From positions 7,484 through 71,483 of the forward strand of contig JBAZYD010000008.1 in the NCBI GenBank assembly GCA_041659465.1: a DNA stretch of 64,000 nucleotides, written 5' to 3'. How positions within the stretch are numbered: position 1 is the stretch's first letter; every line of letters begins with the position of its first letter. The stretch comes from Candidatus Micrarchaeia archaeon. Lineage in GTDB: Archaea; Micrarchaeota; Micrarchaeia; Anstonellales; Anstonellaceae. The notes beneath the pieces were generated by a model that saw only the letters and a program-made list of their open reading frames with translations, made no database searches and was not told where the DNA came from. Of this stretch, positions 1 through 7,880 are shown piece after piece. A program made the position numbers and the translations under genes.

Positions 1-417
1 GAACAGGAACGCGGATTTCCAGAGCGCGCCCTGGCAAAGCGCGAGCACGCGGTTCTGCCTTTTTGCGAGGTAGAGCTCCTTCACTGAATAGACAAGAAGT
101 GCATTTCCCACCCAGATGAACGGGTTGAGGTAGATGAGGGCGAACGATGCGGCGCCGAATATGTAGCCTGCGAGGTATGCCCCGATGCTCGGGAGCACGA
201 TGATTGGCAGCAGGCTCTTGCCGCGGAGGTTGAGCGCGGACAGGACAAGCGCACAGTTCACCACCGTGCCCACCAGGATTTGGGGGTGCCCAAGGACAAA
301 GGGGAGCGAAATCGCGATCACCGCGTAGAGGAGCATCTCCACGTTCTCGCGGATTGCTGTCAGCTGGTATTCCTGCAGGTAAAACGACGCCGGCACGTAT
401 GAGTATTTGTTTTCCAT
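1..417 (-). CDS. integral membrane protein, 3' end cut by window edge
   Basis: Hand translation from the ATG (complement of 415-417) gives MENKYSYVPASFYLQEYQLTAIRENVEMLLYAVIAISLPFVLGHPQILVGTVVNCALVLSALNL... The frame stays open to base 1 and contains several hydrophobic helices. It is absent from the ORF track because it runs off the edge. Confidence 0.6.
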   Translation of the reverse strand, partial: MENKYSYVPASFYLQEYQLTAIRENVEMLLYAVIAISLPFVLGHPQILVGTVVNCALVLSALNLRGKSLLPIIVLPSIGAYLAGYIFGAASFALIYLNPFIWVGNALLVYSVKELYLAKRQNRVLALCQGALWKSAFLF

Positions 418-447
418 GGCAATCACGGCGATTGTACGGAGCTTAGG

Positions 448-456
448 AATATAAAA
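448..456 (+). promoter_or_regulatory. TATA box (aatataaaa) for the hydrogenase operon
   Basis: The A/T box ends 23 nt before the ATG at 479. This is the same geometry seen at many other genes in the window and implies a leaderless mRNA. Confidence 0.5.
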
Positions 457-478
457 GGTACGAACGAATGTTGCGTTA

Positions 479-946
479 ATGGTTAAGGAAAACGGCAAGA
501 AGGACAGCCGCCCCCTGATAAACATACTCCACGAGGTGCAGGAAAAGCACGGCTACATCTCCGAGCACATGCTCAAGCAGATTGCGGTGGAGCAGGACAT
601 TCCGATTTCCCGGCTTTACGGGGTGGTGAAGTTCTATACCATGTTCCACACCGAGCCTCAGGGGAAGTATGTCATCGAGATTTGCGGCTCGCCCTCGTGC
701 GTTCTCAACAACGGCGTGAGGCTTGAAAAGTTCCTGGAGACCGAGCTTTCCACCGCAATAGGGGAAACGAGCAAGGACGGCATGTTTTCCCTTTACAAGA
801 CATCGTGCATAGGGTGCTGCGACGAGGCGCCCGCCATGCTGATAAACGGCGAGCCGCACACCAAGATGACAGTGGAGAGGCTCAAGCTCATCCTGAAAAA
901 GCTTCGCGAAGCCGAGGCAGCGCAGGCGGGAGAAAAAAAGAAGTGA
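479..946 (+). CDS. hydC: NuoE/HydC-like thioredoxin-fold [2Fe-2S] subunit
   Basis: 155 aa with 24-kDa-subunit-like Cys pattern (ICGSPSC ... CIGCCDEAP). It sits directly upstream of the NuoF-like and HydA genes. Confidence 0.85.
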   Translation: MVKENGKKDSRPLINILHEVQEKHGYISEHMLKQIAVEQDIPISRLYGVVKFYTMFHTEPQGKYVIEICGSPSCVLNNGVRLEKFLETELSTAIGETSKDGMFSLYKTSCIGCCDEAPAMLINGEPHTKMTVERLKLILKKLREAEAAQAGEKKK

Positions 947-950
947 CTTG

Positions 951-2072
951 ATGCAGATACTACGCCAGACAAAGCTCGAGGCGCTTGAGAAGGCGCGTTC
1001 ATTGGGACCGGAGGCCACCATTGCCCTGATTGGGAAGCGCGGGCTCGAGGGCAGGGGAGGCGCGGCCTATCCCACCGCGAAGAAGTGGAAAACGTGCAGG
1101 GATGCGCCATCCGACGAGCGGTTCGTGGTTTGCAATGCCGACGAGGGCGAGCCAGGCACCTTCAAGGACAAGCTCATCATTCGGCACAATGCGGAGACCA
1201 TGATAGAGGGCATTCTGATTGCGGCGTATGCCGTTGGCGCCAAGAGATGCTTCATCTACCTGCGGGGGGAATACGATTATCTCCGCCCGCGCCTCCAGGA
1301 GCAGATTGACGACGTGCTTGCGCGCGCGAAGACGGAAGGCGTTACCATCGAGATTGTAAGGGGTGCAGGAGCATACATCTGCGGCGAGGCGACCGCGCTC
1401 CTCCAGTCCATAATGGGCTTTAGGGGAAATGCGATGTGCAAGCCGCCCAACCCCACCACGCACGGGCTTTGGGGAAAGCCCACTGTCATCAACAATGTGG
1501 AAACGCTGACGTGCGCGGCGCAGGCGGTCCTTTTCGACGACTGGGATTCCACGCTCCGCCTGTTCTCGATTTCAGGCAATGTCAAGAACCCCGGCGTGTA
1601 CGAGTTCCCGCTTGGCGTGAAGATGTCCACAATCATAGATGTCGCGCGCCCTGAGAAAAAGCTGAAGGCGATGTCGTTCGGCTGCTTCGGCGGGATAATG
1701 CCCGTGGACGAGAACATGTCCGTGACGCCGGAGACCATCAACATGGAAAAGTGCCAGCACGGCGCGTACAGCATCATTTTCATCGACGAGACGAACAATG
1801 TTGTGGATGTCGCGTATTCCATTGCGAAATTCTACACCTACGAGTCCTGCGGCAAGTGCACGCCCTGCAGGGAGGGCACCATGCGCATGCTCAACCTGCT
1901 CAAGAAGGTGCGCTCGGGCAAGGCCGTGAAAAAGGATTTGGAGCTGATGCGCGAGCTTGCTGTGCACATACAGGACACCGCTTTATGCGGCCTTGGGCAG
2001 ACGTGCGGGAACCACATACTGACAAGCCTTGAGCATTTCCCGAAGGATTACGATGCATTCATGAAAAGATAA
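951..2072 (+). CDS. hydB: NuoF/HydB-like flavoprotein subunit (minimal core)
   Basis: Motifs GRGGAAYPTAKKW, CNADEGEPGTFKD and ESCGKCTPCREGT (N3-type 4Fe-4S). The track start at 948 is TTG; ATG lies at 951. No extra ferredoxin domains are present. Confidence 0.9.
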   Translation: MQILRQTKLEALEKARSLGPEATIALIGKRGLEGRGGAAYPTAKKWKTCRDAPSDERFVVCNADEGEPGTFKDKLIIRHNAETMIEGILIAAYAVGAKRCFIYLRGEYDYLRPRLQEQIDDVLARAKTEGVTIEIVRGAGAYICGEATALLQSIMGFRGNAMCKPPNPTTHGLWGKPTVINNVETLTCAAQAVLFDDWDSTLRLFSISGNVKNPGVYEFPLGVKMSTIIDVARPEKKLKAMSFGCFGGIMPVDENMSVTPETINMEKCQHGAYSIIFIDETNNVVDVAYSIAKFYTYESCGKCTPCREGTMRMLNLLKKVRSGKAVKKDLELMRELAVHIQDTALCGLGQTCGNHILTSLEHFPKDYDAFMKR

Positions 2073-2087
2073 ATACCGGGTCATCAG

Positions 2088-3752
2088 ATGAAAATAAAGC
2101 TGAACAACAACGAAATCGAGGCCGCGGAGGGCAAGTCGCTCCTTGACATCTGCCGCGAGAACGGCATCAATGTGCCAACATTGTGCTACCACGCCAGCAT
2201 GGCGCCGGAGGCGCGCTGCAGGGTGTGCCTGGTGGAAATGGACGGCAAGCTCGTCACATCATGCTCCACAAGGCCGCGAGAGGGCGCATCAATCGTCACC
2301 AATTCGGAGCGCGTGATGAAGGCAAGAAGGCTGAACATGGAGCTCATGGTGCCCGACCCGTCGTGCAAGCGCGAGGACGACTACGAGGTCTGCCAGACCT
2401 ACAAGGAGGTCGGGATGGACAATGCGCGCTTCTCGCAGATAAAGGACTACATACCCGACCTGGGCGCCGCGGTGATACGCGACAACAACAAGTGCATAAA
2501 CTGCGGCAGGTGCGTCAAAGTGTGCGCGGAGATACAGGGGGTCTTCGCGATAGACTTTGCGAGCCGCGCGCACAACGAGCATGTCACCCCGTACTGGGAG
2601 AACCATTTGGCGGACGTTGCCTGCATACGGTGCGGCCAGTGCATACTCAACTGCCCTGTCGGCGCGATTTCTGAAAGGTCCCATATTGAAGAAGTTGTGG
2701 CTGCGCTTGACGACAAGGACAGGCACGTGGTGGTGCAGGTTGCGCCTTCCATCCGGGCGGCCTTAGGCGAGCTTTTCGGCATGCCCGCGGGCGCGCTTGT
2801 GACAGGCAAGACTGTTGCCGCGCTCCGCCGCTGCGGCTTTGCAAAGGTGTTCGACGTGGACTTGGGCGCGGACATCACCATCATGGAGGAGGCGTCCGAG
2901 CTTCTGAGGCGGGTGGAAAACAACGGCAAGCTGCCCATGATTACCACCTGCTGCCCGGGCTGGATACTGATGATGGAATTCTTCTACCATGACCTGATAG
3001 GGAACATGTCCACCTGCCGCTCACCGCACGAGATGCTCGGCATGCTCATCAAGACGTATTATGCGAAAAAGGCGGGCATCAGCCCGAAGAAAATAACCGT
3101 TGTTTCCATCATGCCCTGCACTGCCAAGAAGTTCGAGTCCACGCGGCCAGAGCTTGAAAGCGGGGTGGACTATGTGCTCACCACGCGTGAGCTAGGAAGG
3201 CTCATCAAGATGAAAAAAATCGACTTCGCATCGCTTCCCGACGAGGAATTCGACCCTGCGCTCGGGATTTCGACAGGCGCTGGCGTGATATTCGGGGCGA
3301 CAGGGGGCGTGATGGAGGCTGCGCTGCGCACCGCGCACTTCCTGGCAACAGGGGCGGAGCTTGAGAAGGTTGAGATTGCTGAGATTCGCGGCATGAAAGG
3401 CATGAAGGAAGGCAAGATAGTGCTCAATGGCAAGGAGATACTGTTTGCCTGCGCGCACGGAGGGGCGAACGCGCGCAAGCTCATGGAGATTAAGGACAAG
3501 TACCACTTCATCGAGATAATGGCATGCCCGGGCGGCTGCATCGGGGGCGGCGGGCAGCCCATCTACCGCGACCCCGAGGTGCTGAGGAAGAGGACTGAAG
3601 CCATCTATTCCGCGGACCGCGCAAGCAAATTGCGCCGCTCGCACGAAAACCCGGTGGTGCAGCAGATTTACCGCGAAATGCTCGGCGCGCCGCTTTCCGA
3701 AGAGGCAGAGAGGCTGCTGCACACGCACTATGTAAAGAGGGACAGGTTTTGA
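2088..3752 (+). CDS. hydA: [FeFe]-hydrogenase catalytic subunit
   Basis: H-cluster motifs TTCCPGW, MPCTAKKFE and EIMACPGGCIGGGGQP are all present. The N-terminus has a 2Fe-2S fold (CYHASMAPEARCRVC) and two 4Fe-4S motifs (CINCGRCVKVC, CIRCGQCILNCP). Confidence 0.92.
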   Translation: MKIKLNNNEIEAAEGKSLLDICRENGINVPTLCYHASMAPEARCRVCLVEMDGKLVTSCSTRPREGASIVTNSERVMKARRLNMELMVPDPSCKREDDYEVCQTYKEVGMDNARFSQIKDYIPDLGAAVIRDNNKCINCGRCVKVCAEIQGVFAIDFASRAHNEHVTPYWENHLADVACIRCGQCILNCPVGAISERSHIEEVVAALDDKDRHVVVQVAPSIRAALGELFGMPAGALVTGKTVAALRRCGFAKVFDVDLGADITIMEEASELLRRVENNGKLPMITTCCPGWILMMEFFYHDLIGNMSTCRSPHEMLGMLIKTYYAKKAGISPKKITVVSIMPCTAKKFESTRPELESGVDYVLTTRELGRLIKMKKIDFASLPDEEFDPALGISTGAGVIFGATGGVMEAALRTAHFLATGAELEKVEIAEIRGMKGMKEGKIVLNGKEILFACAHGGANARKLMEIKDKYHFIEIMACPGGCIGGGGQPIYRDPEVLRKRTEAIYSADRASKLRRSHENPVVQQIYREMLGAPLSEEAERLLHTHYVKRDRF

Positions 3753-4086
3753 TTTTCCATTTTTTACAACCCTTTTTAAACCTTTTTAACAGTACCCACA
3801 TGTGCACTCCAAAACATACTCCATAAGGGCAACGGCGGGAAAGCCTGCTTTCCTGGCAAGAAGGCTGCGTGCCTTCAATGGGAAGACGGCACTCCCGCTC
3901 TTGAGAAGCCACCCTGCGAAACTACAGTCGGAAAGGCGCCTGGACGGAAATCATGCCATATGGAGGCAGAAGCGCGGCAAATGCGAATATGGCTATGAAA
4001 CATCGGCTGCAGGCAGCGGGGGAATCGCAGTGAAGGAAAAAGCCTGTGCTGCGTGCCTTTTTATTCCAACGGTGCAATTCCATTCC

Positions 4087-4341
4087 ATGGACAGTGTGGA
4101 ACTCCTTGGGCTTGCCGCTTCGCTGCTTGTGATAGTCTCGTGGATACCCCAGCTGAAAAAGAGCCTCAAGACGCGCCAAATGAAGGATTTTTCCTGGGGC
4201 ATGCTCTCGCTCCTTTTTACCTCGCAGGTCATGTTCCTTGCATACGGGGTCCTCATTGAAAGCCTGCCGGTCGTCCTGACGAATGCATTCACCGCGCTCT
4301 TCATAGGCGCCCTTGCATTCCTCAAAATCAAGCACGGCTAG
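4087..4341 (+). CDS. PQ-loop / SemiSWEET-like small membrane protein
   Basis: 84 aa from the internal ATG at 4087 with three hydrophobic helices and a WIPQLKKSLKTRQMKDFS PQ motif. The 95 codons upstream in the track ORF start at GTG and are Arg-rich and non-protein-like. Confidence 0.65.
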   Translation: MDSVELLGLAASLLVIVSWIPQLKKSLKTRQMKDFSWGMLSLLFTSQVMFLAYGVLIESLPVVLTNAFTALFIGALAFLKIKHG

Positions 4342-4369
4342 CAAAAAACAGTTGCGATGCGGGAAGGCG

Positions 4370-4669
4370 CTACGGGGGCATCCTGTAGACCTGCAGGTGC
4401 GGCACGCCGCCTATGTTTTTAGCGTACGAGACCGCGAGCCCTGCCTTTTTCGCGGCCTGCAAAGCGCGCCTGCCCACGATGTTGGCGTTCTGGGCGGCTT
4501 TCAGCGCCTCCACCGCCTCTTTCTCATCGACTTTTTTCCCCAAGTAGAATGGCGCGTAGGCGGACAGGTCAAGCCTTGCCTTGCCGCTTTCAAGCACCTT
4601 GCCGATGAGCTCGATGTCGCAGAGCGCGACAATCTCGCCGTCAGGGGAGGCGTGCGTTTTCAGGTACAT
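4370..4669 (-). CDS. DUF424-like conserved archaeal protein
   Basis: 99 aa, MYLKTHASPDGEIVALCDIELIGKVL... This matches my recollection of the DUF424 family pattern. A TATA (cctaataaaa, 4690-4699) lies about 26 nt upstream. Confidence 0.6.
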   Translation of the reverse strand: MYLKTHASPDGEIVALCDIELIGKVLESGKARLDLSAYAPFYLGKKVDEKEAVEALKAAQNANIVGRRALQAAKKAGLAVSYAKNIGGVPHLQVYRMPP

Positions 4670-4790
4670 GATGGAAAGTCGGAGGCAAGCCTAATAAAAG
4701 ATGGGGCGGGCGCAAAAGCGCGCGGCGGATAAATGGCGGGCTGCAAAGCCGGGCGTCAGCCTAATAAAATATTGGCATGGAAATCGGAGC

Positions 4791-5459
4791 ATGGGAAATA
4801 TTGCGCGCCCGCTTGCATTCATTATGCTTGCAGCAGCCATCCTGCTTTCCCCCGGGTGCGCGCAAGTCGGCGCGCCCGCCCGGAATGAGACCGCAAGCTC
4901 GGCGAGGTTCATCCTGCCAGCGTCGGATGTTTCATATTATGCGCGCTACACCGTGGAGGAAGGGGGGCCGGCGACAAAGGAGATCTGGCGCGCGAAGGGC
5001 ATGATGAGGATTGACCTGTCTTCGCAGGGGATGCGCGCGCTTTCATTCTTCTTCGTGGATTCGCACGCCTACTCGTGCTCCTACGCGTCATCCAAGCCTG
5101 CGTGCTATGATGTGAGCGGCGCGCTTTCGCAGGGGGATGCGCAGAGGCTGGTGCCGTCGGAAAATGATGCAAAGGGCGGCACGCGGCTGGAAAGCGTCAA
5201 AATCGGCAGCGCAAATGGCAACTGCTACGGGGTTCCAATAGGGATGATGGGCATGCGCAAGCTCTGCTTTGCCCCGCAGGGCGTGGTGGCGTATGATTCG
5301 TACAATGTGAGCAAGGCGCTGCTGCACACCGAATACCTGACGGACATTGAGTACTACGAGGATGGGCTGGGGCCTGATGCCTCGGTGTTCGCGCTCCCCG
5401 CAACGCCTATCCCCGCGCCAGCCGTGCCTGAGCCGGCTGCACCTGATTTTGAAGAATGA
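4791..5459 (+). CDS. predicted lipoprotein, function unknown
   Basis: The internal ATG at 4791 gives MGNIARPLAFIMLAAAILLSPGC (signal peptide plus lipobox-like Cys). A second copy of cctaataaaa (4760-4769) lies about 26 nt upstream. Confidence 0.55.
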   Translation: MGNIARPLAFIMLAAAILLSPGCAQVGAPARNETASSARFILPASDVSYYARYTVEEGGPATKEIWRAKGMMRIDLSSQGMRALSFFFVDSHAYSCSYASSKPACYDVSGALSQGDAQRLVPSENDAKGGTRLESVKIGSANGNCYGVPIGMMGMRKLCFAPQGVVAYDSYNVSKALLHTEYLTDIEYYEDGLGPDASVFALPATPIPAPAVPEPAAPDFEE

Positions 5460-5495
5460 GAAATGCTTACATCTTTTGCCGATGTAAAAAGTCAA

Positions 5496-5609
5496 TGGGC
5501 CCGCGAGGAATCGAACCCCGAATCTTCGCTGTGTAAGAGCGACGTCTTAACCATTGTCGGCTTGCCGGCAAGTTCTTGCCTGCAGGCAAGAGCATTCGAC
5601 TACGGGCCC
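5496..5609 (-). tRNA. tRNA-Val(UAC) with a 41-nt intron in the D-arm
   Basis: Manual fold gives acceptor GGGCCCG/CGGGCCC+A, anticodon arm TCGCT-CTTACAC-AGCGA, variable loop AGATT and T arm CGGGG-TTCGATT-CCTCG. The D arm GTCG-AATGGTTA-AGAC only forms after removing 41 nt (about 5556-5596). The mature tRNA is 73 nt. Confidence 0.8.
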
Positions 5610-5682
5610 AAAGCTTGCGGAGTACCTTCATCGCCAAAAGCCTTAAATACCGCGCATGAGAATTGCCCTCTGGTGATTGATA

Positions 5683-6366
5683 ATGGCGTATGAATACCTG
5701 CTGAACCAGCTCCAAGCAAGTTCTGCCAATTTCATTGGGAACCTGCTTTCAGGCGTGTTTGCGTTTTGTATATTGGCCGCAGTCATGCTAATCGGCATCT
5801 GGGTGGCAAACCTGCTCGGGAAGGTCCTCAATGAGTTCTTCCGCAGGGTGAAGCTCGAGAGCTTCCTGGAAGGCCATGGCGTGCACGATGCCTTCCTCGG
5901 GTTCACGCTTTCCGGGGTCGCGATAATAATGCTCAAGCTGTACGTAGTCGTGGCATTCCTGGGAATCGCCGCCGACCTGGTACAGATGCCCATGCTGTTC
6001 ATGATTGCGGCGCAGGCAATCAATTACCTCCCCTCGCTCGCGCAGGGGCTGGTGATACTGCTCGCGGCGCTGATGGCGGCGGACTACCTCACGGACAGGA
6101 TAAAGGAGAGCAAGAAGCTCCCGTTTGCAAACAGCATCGGGCTCCTTGTGACGCTCTTCATCGCCTACAACGCGCTGGTGATTGCGATGCCCCTCCTGCT
6201 CCCGTCGGCAGACCCGTCCCTGCTTGTCTGGTCGTTCCTGGTGCTGCTCTCGGCTTTCGCAATCGCGCTTGGCTTTGGCGCAGCGATTGCAATCGGGCTT
6301 GGCATGAAGGACACGGTTGCGGAGATTGCCAAGAAGAACAAGGACAAGTTCTCCAAGCTGCTGTAA
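5683..6366 (+). CDS. polytopic membrane protein (TM-helix-repeat, mechanosensitive-channel-like N-region)
   Basis: About 227 aa with 5-6 hydrophobic helices and a charged C-terminal tail. The track start at 5677 is TTG; ATG lies at 5683. Confidence 0.55.
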   Translation: MAYEYLLNQLQASSANFIGNLLSGVFAFCILAAVMLIGIWVANLLGKVLNEFFRRVKLESFLEGHGVHDAFLGFTLSGVAIIMLKLYVVVAFLGIAADLVQMPMLFMIAAQAINYLPSLAQGLVILLAALMAADYLTDRIKESKKLPFANSIGLLVTLFIAYNALVIAMPLLLPSADPSLLVWSFLVLLSAFAIALGFGAAIAIGLGMKDTVAEIAKKNKDKFSKLL

Positions 6367-6373
6367 GGCGGCG

Positions 6374-6401
6374 CTTTTCTCTTTTTTTATTTTTCTTTTT
6401 T
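6374..6401 (+). terminator. T-rich tract between convergent genes
   Basis: The tract cttttctctttttttatttttctttttt follows the stop at 6366. Archaeal termination typically uses oligo-T. Confidence 0.45.
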
Positions 6402-6417
6402 GGGATGAGCGGAAGCT

Positions 6418-7017
6418 TTAGAATTCTATCCTGTCCCCCTCGCGCACCGCGCCTTTCCTCAGCACCTTCATCCTGATGAGGTCTATTACCGTGCTCCCCT
6501 GCGCGTACTTGCACCTGCCCCCGTCAACCGCAAGGTCGCAGCCCGAGAGGATTTCCTGTGCCACGCCTGAAAGCTCGGCTGCATCGCCCTCCCCTGAAAA
6601 ATTCGCGCTTGTCGTGACTATGGGGACGCCCGCGGCCTTGCCCACTGCGCGCATGAATGCATGCTCTGGCACCCGCACGCCGGCCTCCAAAGTTTCCGAG
6701 ACAGGCAGGCGCTGCTTTAGCGGCAGGATGAACGTATAGGGGCCTGGCAGAAGCTCGTGCAGGATTTTTTCCTGGGCGGAAGATGGCTTGCAGAAGCGCA
6801 GGAGCATGGCAAAATCAGGGACGAGGATGGAGAGGGGCTTTCCAGCATCCCGGCGCTTGAGCGCGCGCAGCCTCTTCACAGCGGCTGCATTGGTGGCGTC
6901 GCAGCCCATGCCATAGAGCGTGTCGGTCGGATAAAGGACAATGCCGCCTGCCGTTATTGCGGCAAGGGCAGCTTCAAAGGCGGTGTCGTGGTCCGAAAGA
7001 GGGATTGTGAGAGCCAT
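6418..7017 (-). CDS. tsaC: L-threonylcarbamoyladenylate synthase (YrdC/Sua5 domain)
   Basis: Motifs YPTDTLYGMGCDATN, KPLSILV and TTSANFSG. Confidence 0.85.
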   Translation of the reverse strand: MALTIPLSDHDTAFEAALAAITAGGIVLYPTDTLYGMGCDATNAAAVKRLRALKRRDAGKPLSILVPDFAMLLRFCKPSSAQEKILHELLPGPYTFILPLKQRLPVSETLEAGVRVPEHAFMRAVGKAAGVPIVTTSANFSGEGDAAELSGVAQEILSGCDLAVDGGRCKYAQGSTVIDLIRMKVLRKGAVREGDRIEF

Positions 7018-7077
7018 GGAATCACGATGCCGTGCGTGCAGCGCCGCAATCGGGCGCAGGGGATGCGAATGCCGCAG

Positions 7078-7845
7078 TTAGACTTTCTTCTTCCCTGCCT
7101 CGCGGATTGCGCGCACGAACTCGGCGACCTTTTTCCTCGTGTCCCCGCCTTTTTCAAGCGCGGTGCCGACCTGCACGGCGCCTGCGCCGGCAGCTATCAC
7201 TGCAGCTGCCTCCTGCGGCGTGCGTATGCCGCCTGCGGCGATGTAAGGCACGGATATCACGCGCGAAACCGCAGCCACCATCTCAAGGGGCATATGCCCG
7301 TCCTTTGGGTTGGAGCCGCAGTCCGTGAGCACAAAGCGGCTGCCGGACATCTCTGCCGAAAGGGCGAATGCAGCCGCGATTTGCGGCTTGTCGCGCGGCA
7401 CAAGGTTCACGTCGCCTACAAAGCCCACCGTGCCGCCTGGCGAAATCACTATGTAGCCGACCGGAAGCGCCTCAAGGCCAATCTTGCGCACGGACGGGGC
7501 TGCGAGCATCTGCGCCTGGGAAATCCAGTACGGGTTGCGGCTGTTGAGAAGCGACATGAAATATACAGCGTCCGCGTATTTTGTCACGGTTGAGATGTTG
7601 CCCGGGAACAGCACCACTGGCACGCTAGCTTGTTCCTTTATGCTTTTGGTGACAGTGTCCAAAAGCTCGCCCTGCGCGCCCATGCTGCCGCCGATGAGTA
7701 TGATGTCCGCGCCTCCCTCGCCTGCCGCCGTGCCTGCGGCTATCGCCTCGGATGGCGACTTGTAGTCCACAGGGTCGATGAGCGCAAAGAGCAGCCCGCC
7801 CTTTTTCGCAATGTTGTCCTTGATGTATGTTTCGACTTTGCCCAT
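7078..7845 (-). CDS. geranylgeranylglyceryl phosphate synthase (PcrB family)
   Basis: LFALIDP, ILIGGS, FPGN, LLNSRNPYWI and GGIRTPQEA are present. Start chosen at MGKVETYIKDN (7845). An alternative ATG at 7881 overlaps the upstream stop as TGATG. Confidence 0.85.
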   Translation of the reverse strand: MGKVETYIKDNIAKKGGLLFALIDPVDYKSPSEAIAAGTAAGEGGADIILIGGSMGAQGELLDTVTKSIKEQASVPVVLFPGNISTVTKYADAVYFMSLLNSRNPYWISQAQMLAAPSVRKIGLEALPVGYIVISPGGTVGFVGDVNLVPRDKPQIAAAFALSAEMSGSRFVLTDCGSNPKDGHMPLEMVAAVSRVISVPYIAAGGIRTPQEAAAVIAAGAGAVQVGTALEKGGDTRKKVAEFVRAIREAGKKKV

Positions 7846-7880
7846 TGTATCAAGCCCCGCACATGTGCCTTGTCCTTTCA

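Noticed and set aside
476-3912. Many long ORFs antisense to or out of frame with the hydrogenase genes (e.g. 476-1021, 999-1463, 1277-1822, 2447-2947, 3192-3728)
   Set aside because: Their translations are Arg/Ala/Pro/Gly-rich, as is typical for shadow frames in GC-rich DNA. The sense frames carry unambiguous Fe-S and H-cluster motifs.
3815-4060. Possible SRP RNA or RNase P RNA (aagggcaacgg, ggaaaggcgcc strings)
   Set aside because: The resemblance is only to short fragments of conserved motifs. I could not build the helix 8 or P4 structures by hand. It is kept only as an unassigned spacer.
3802-4086. N-terminal 95-codon extension of the SemiSWEET-like ORF
   Set aside because: It has a GTG start and Arg-rich composition with no hydrophobic or domain features. 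The PQ-loop protein is complete from the ATG at 4087.
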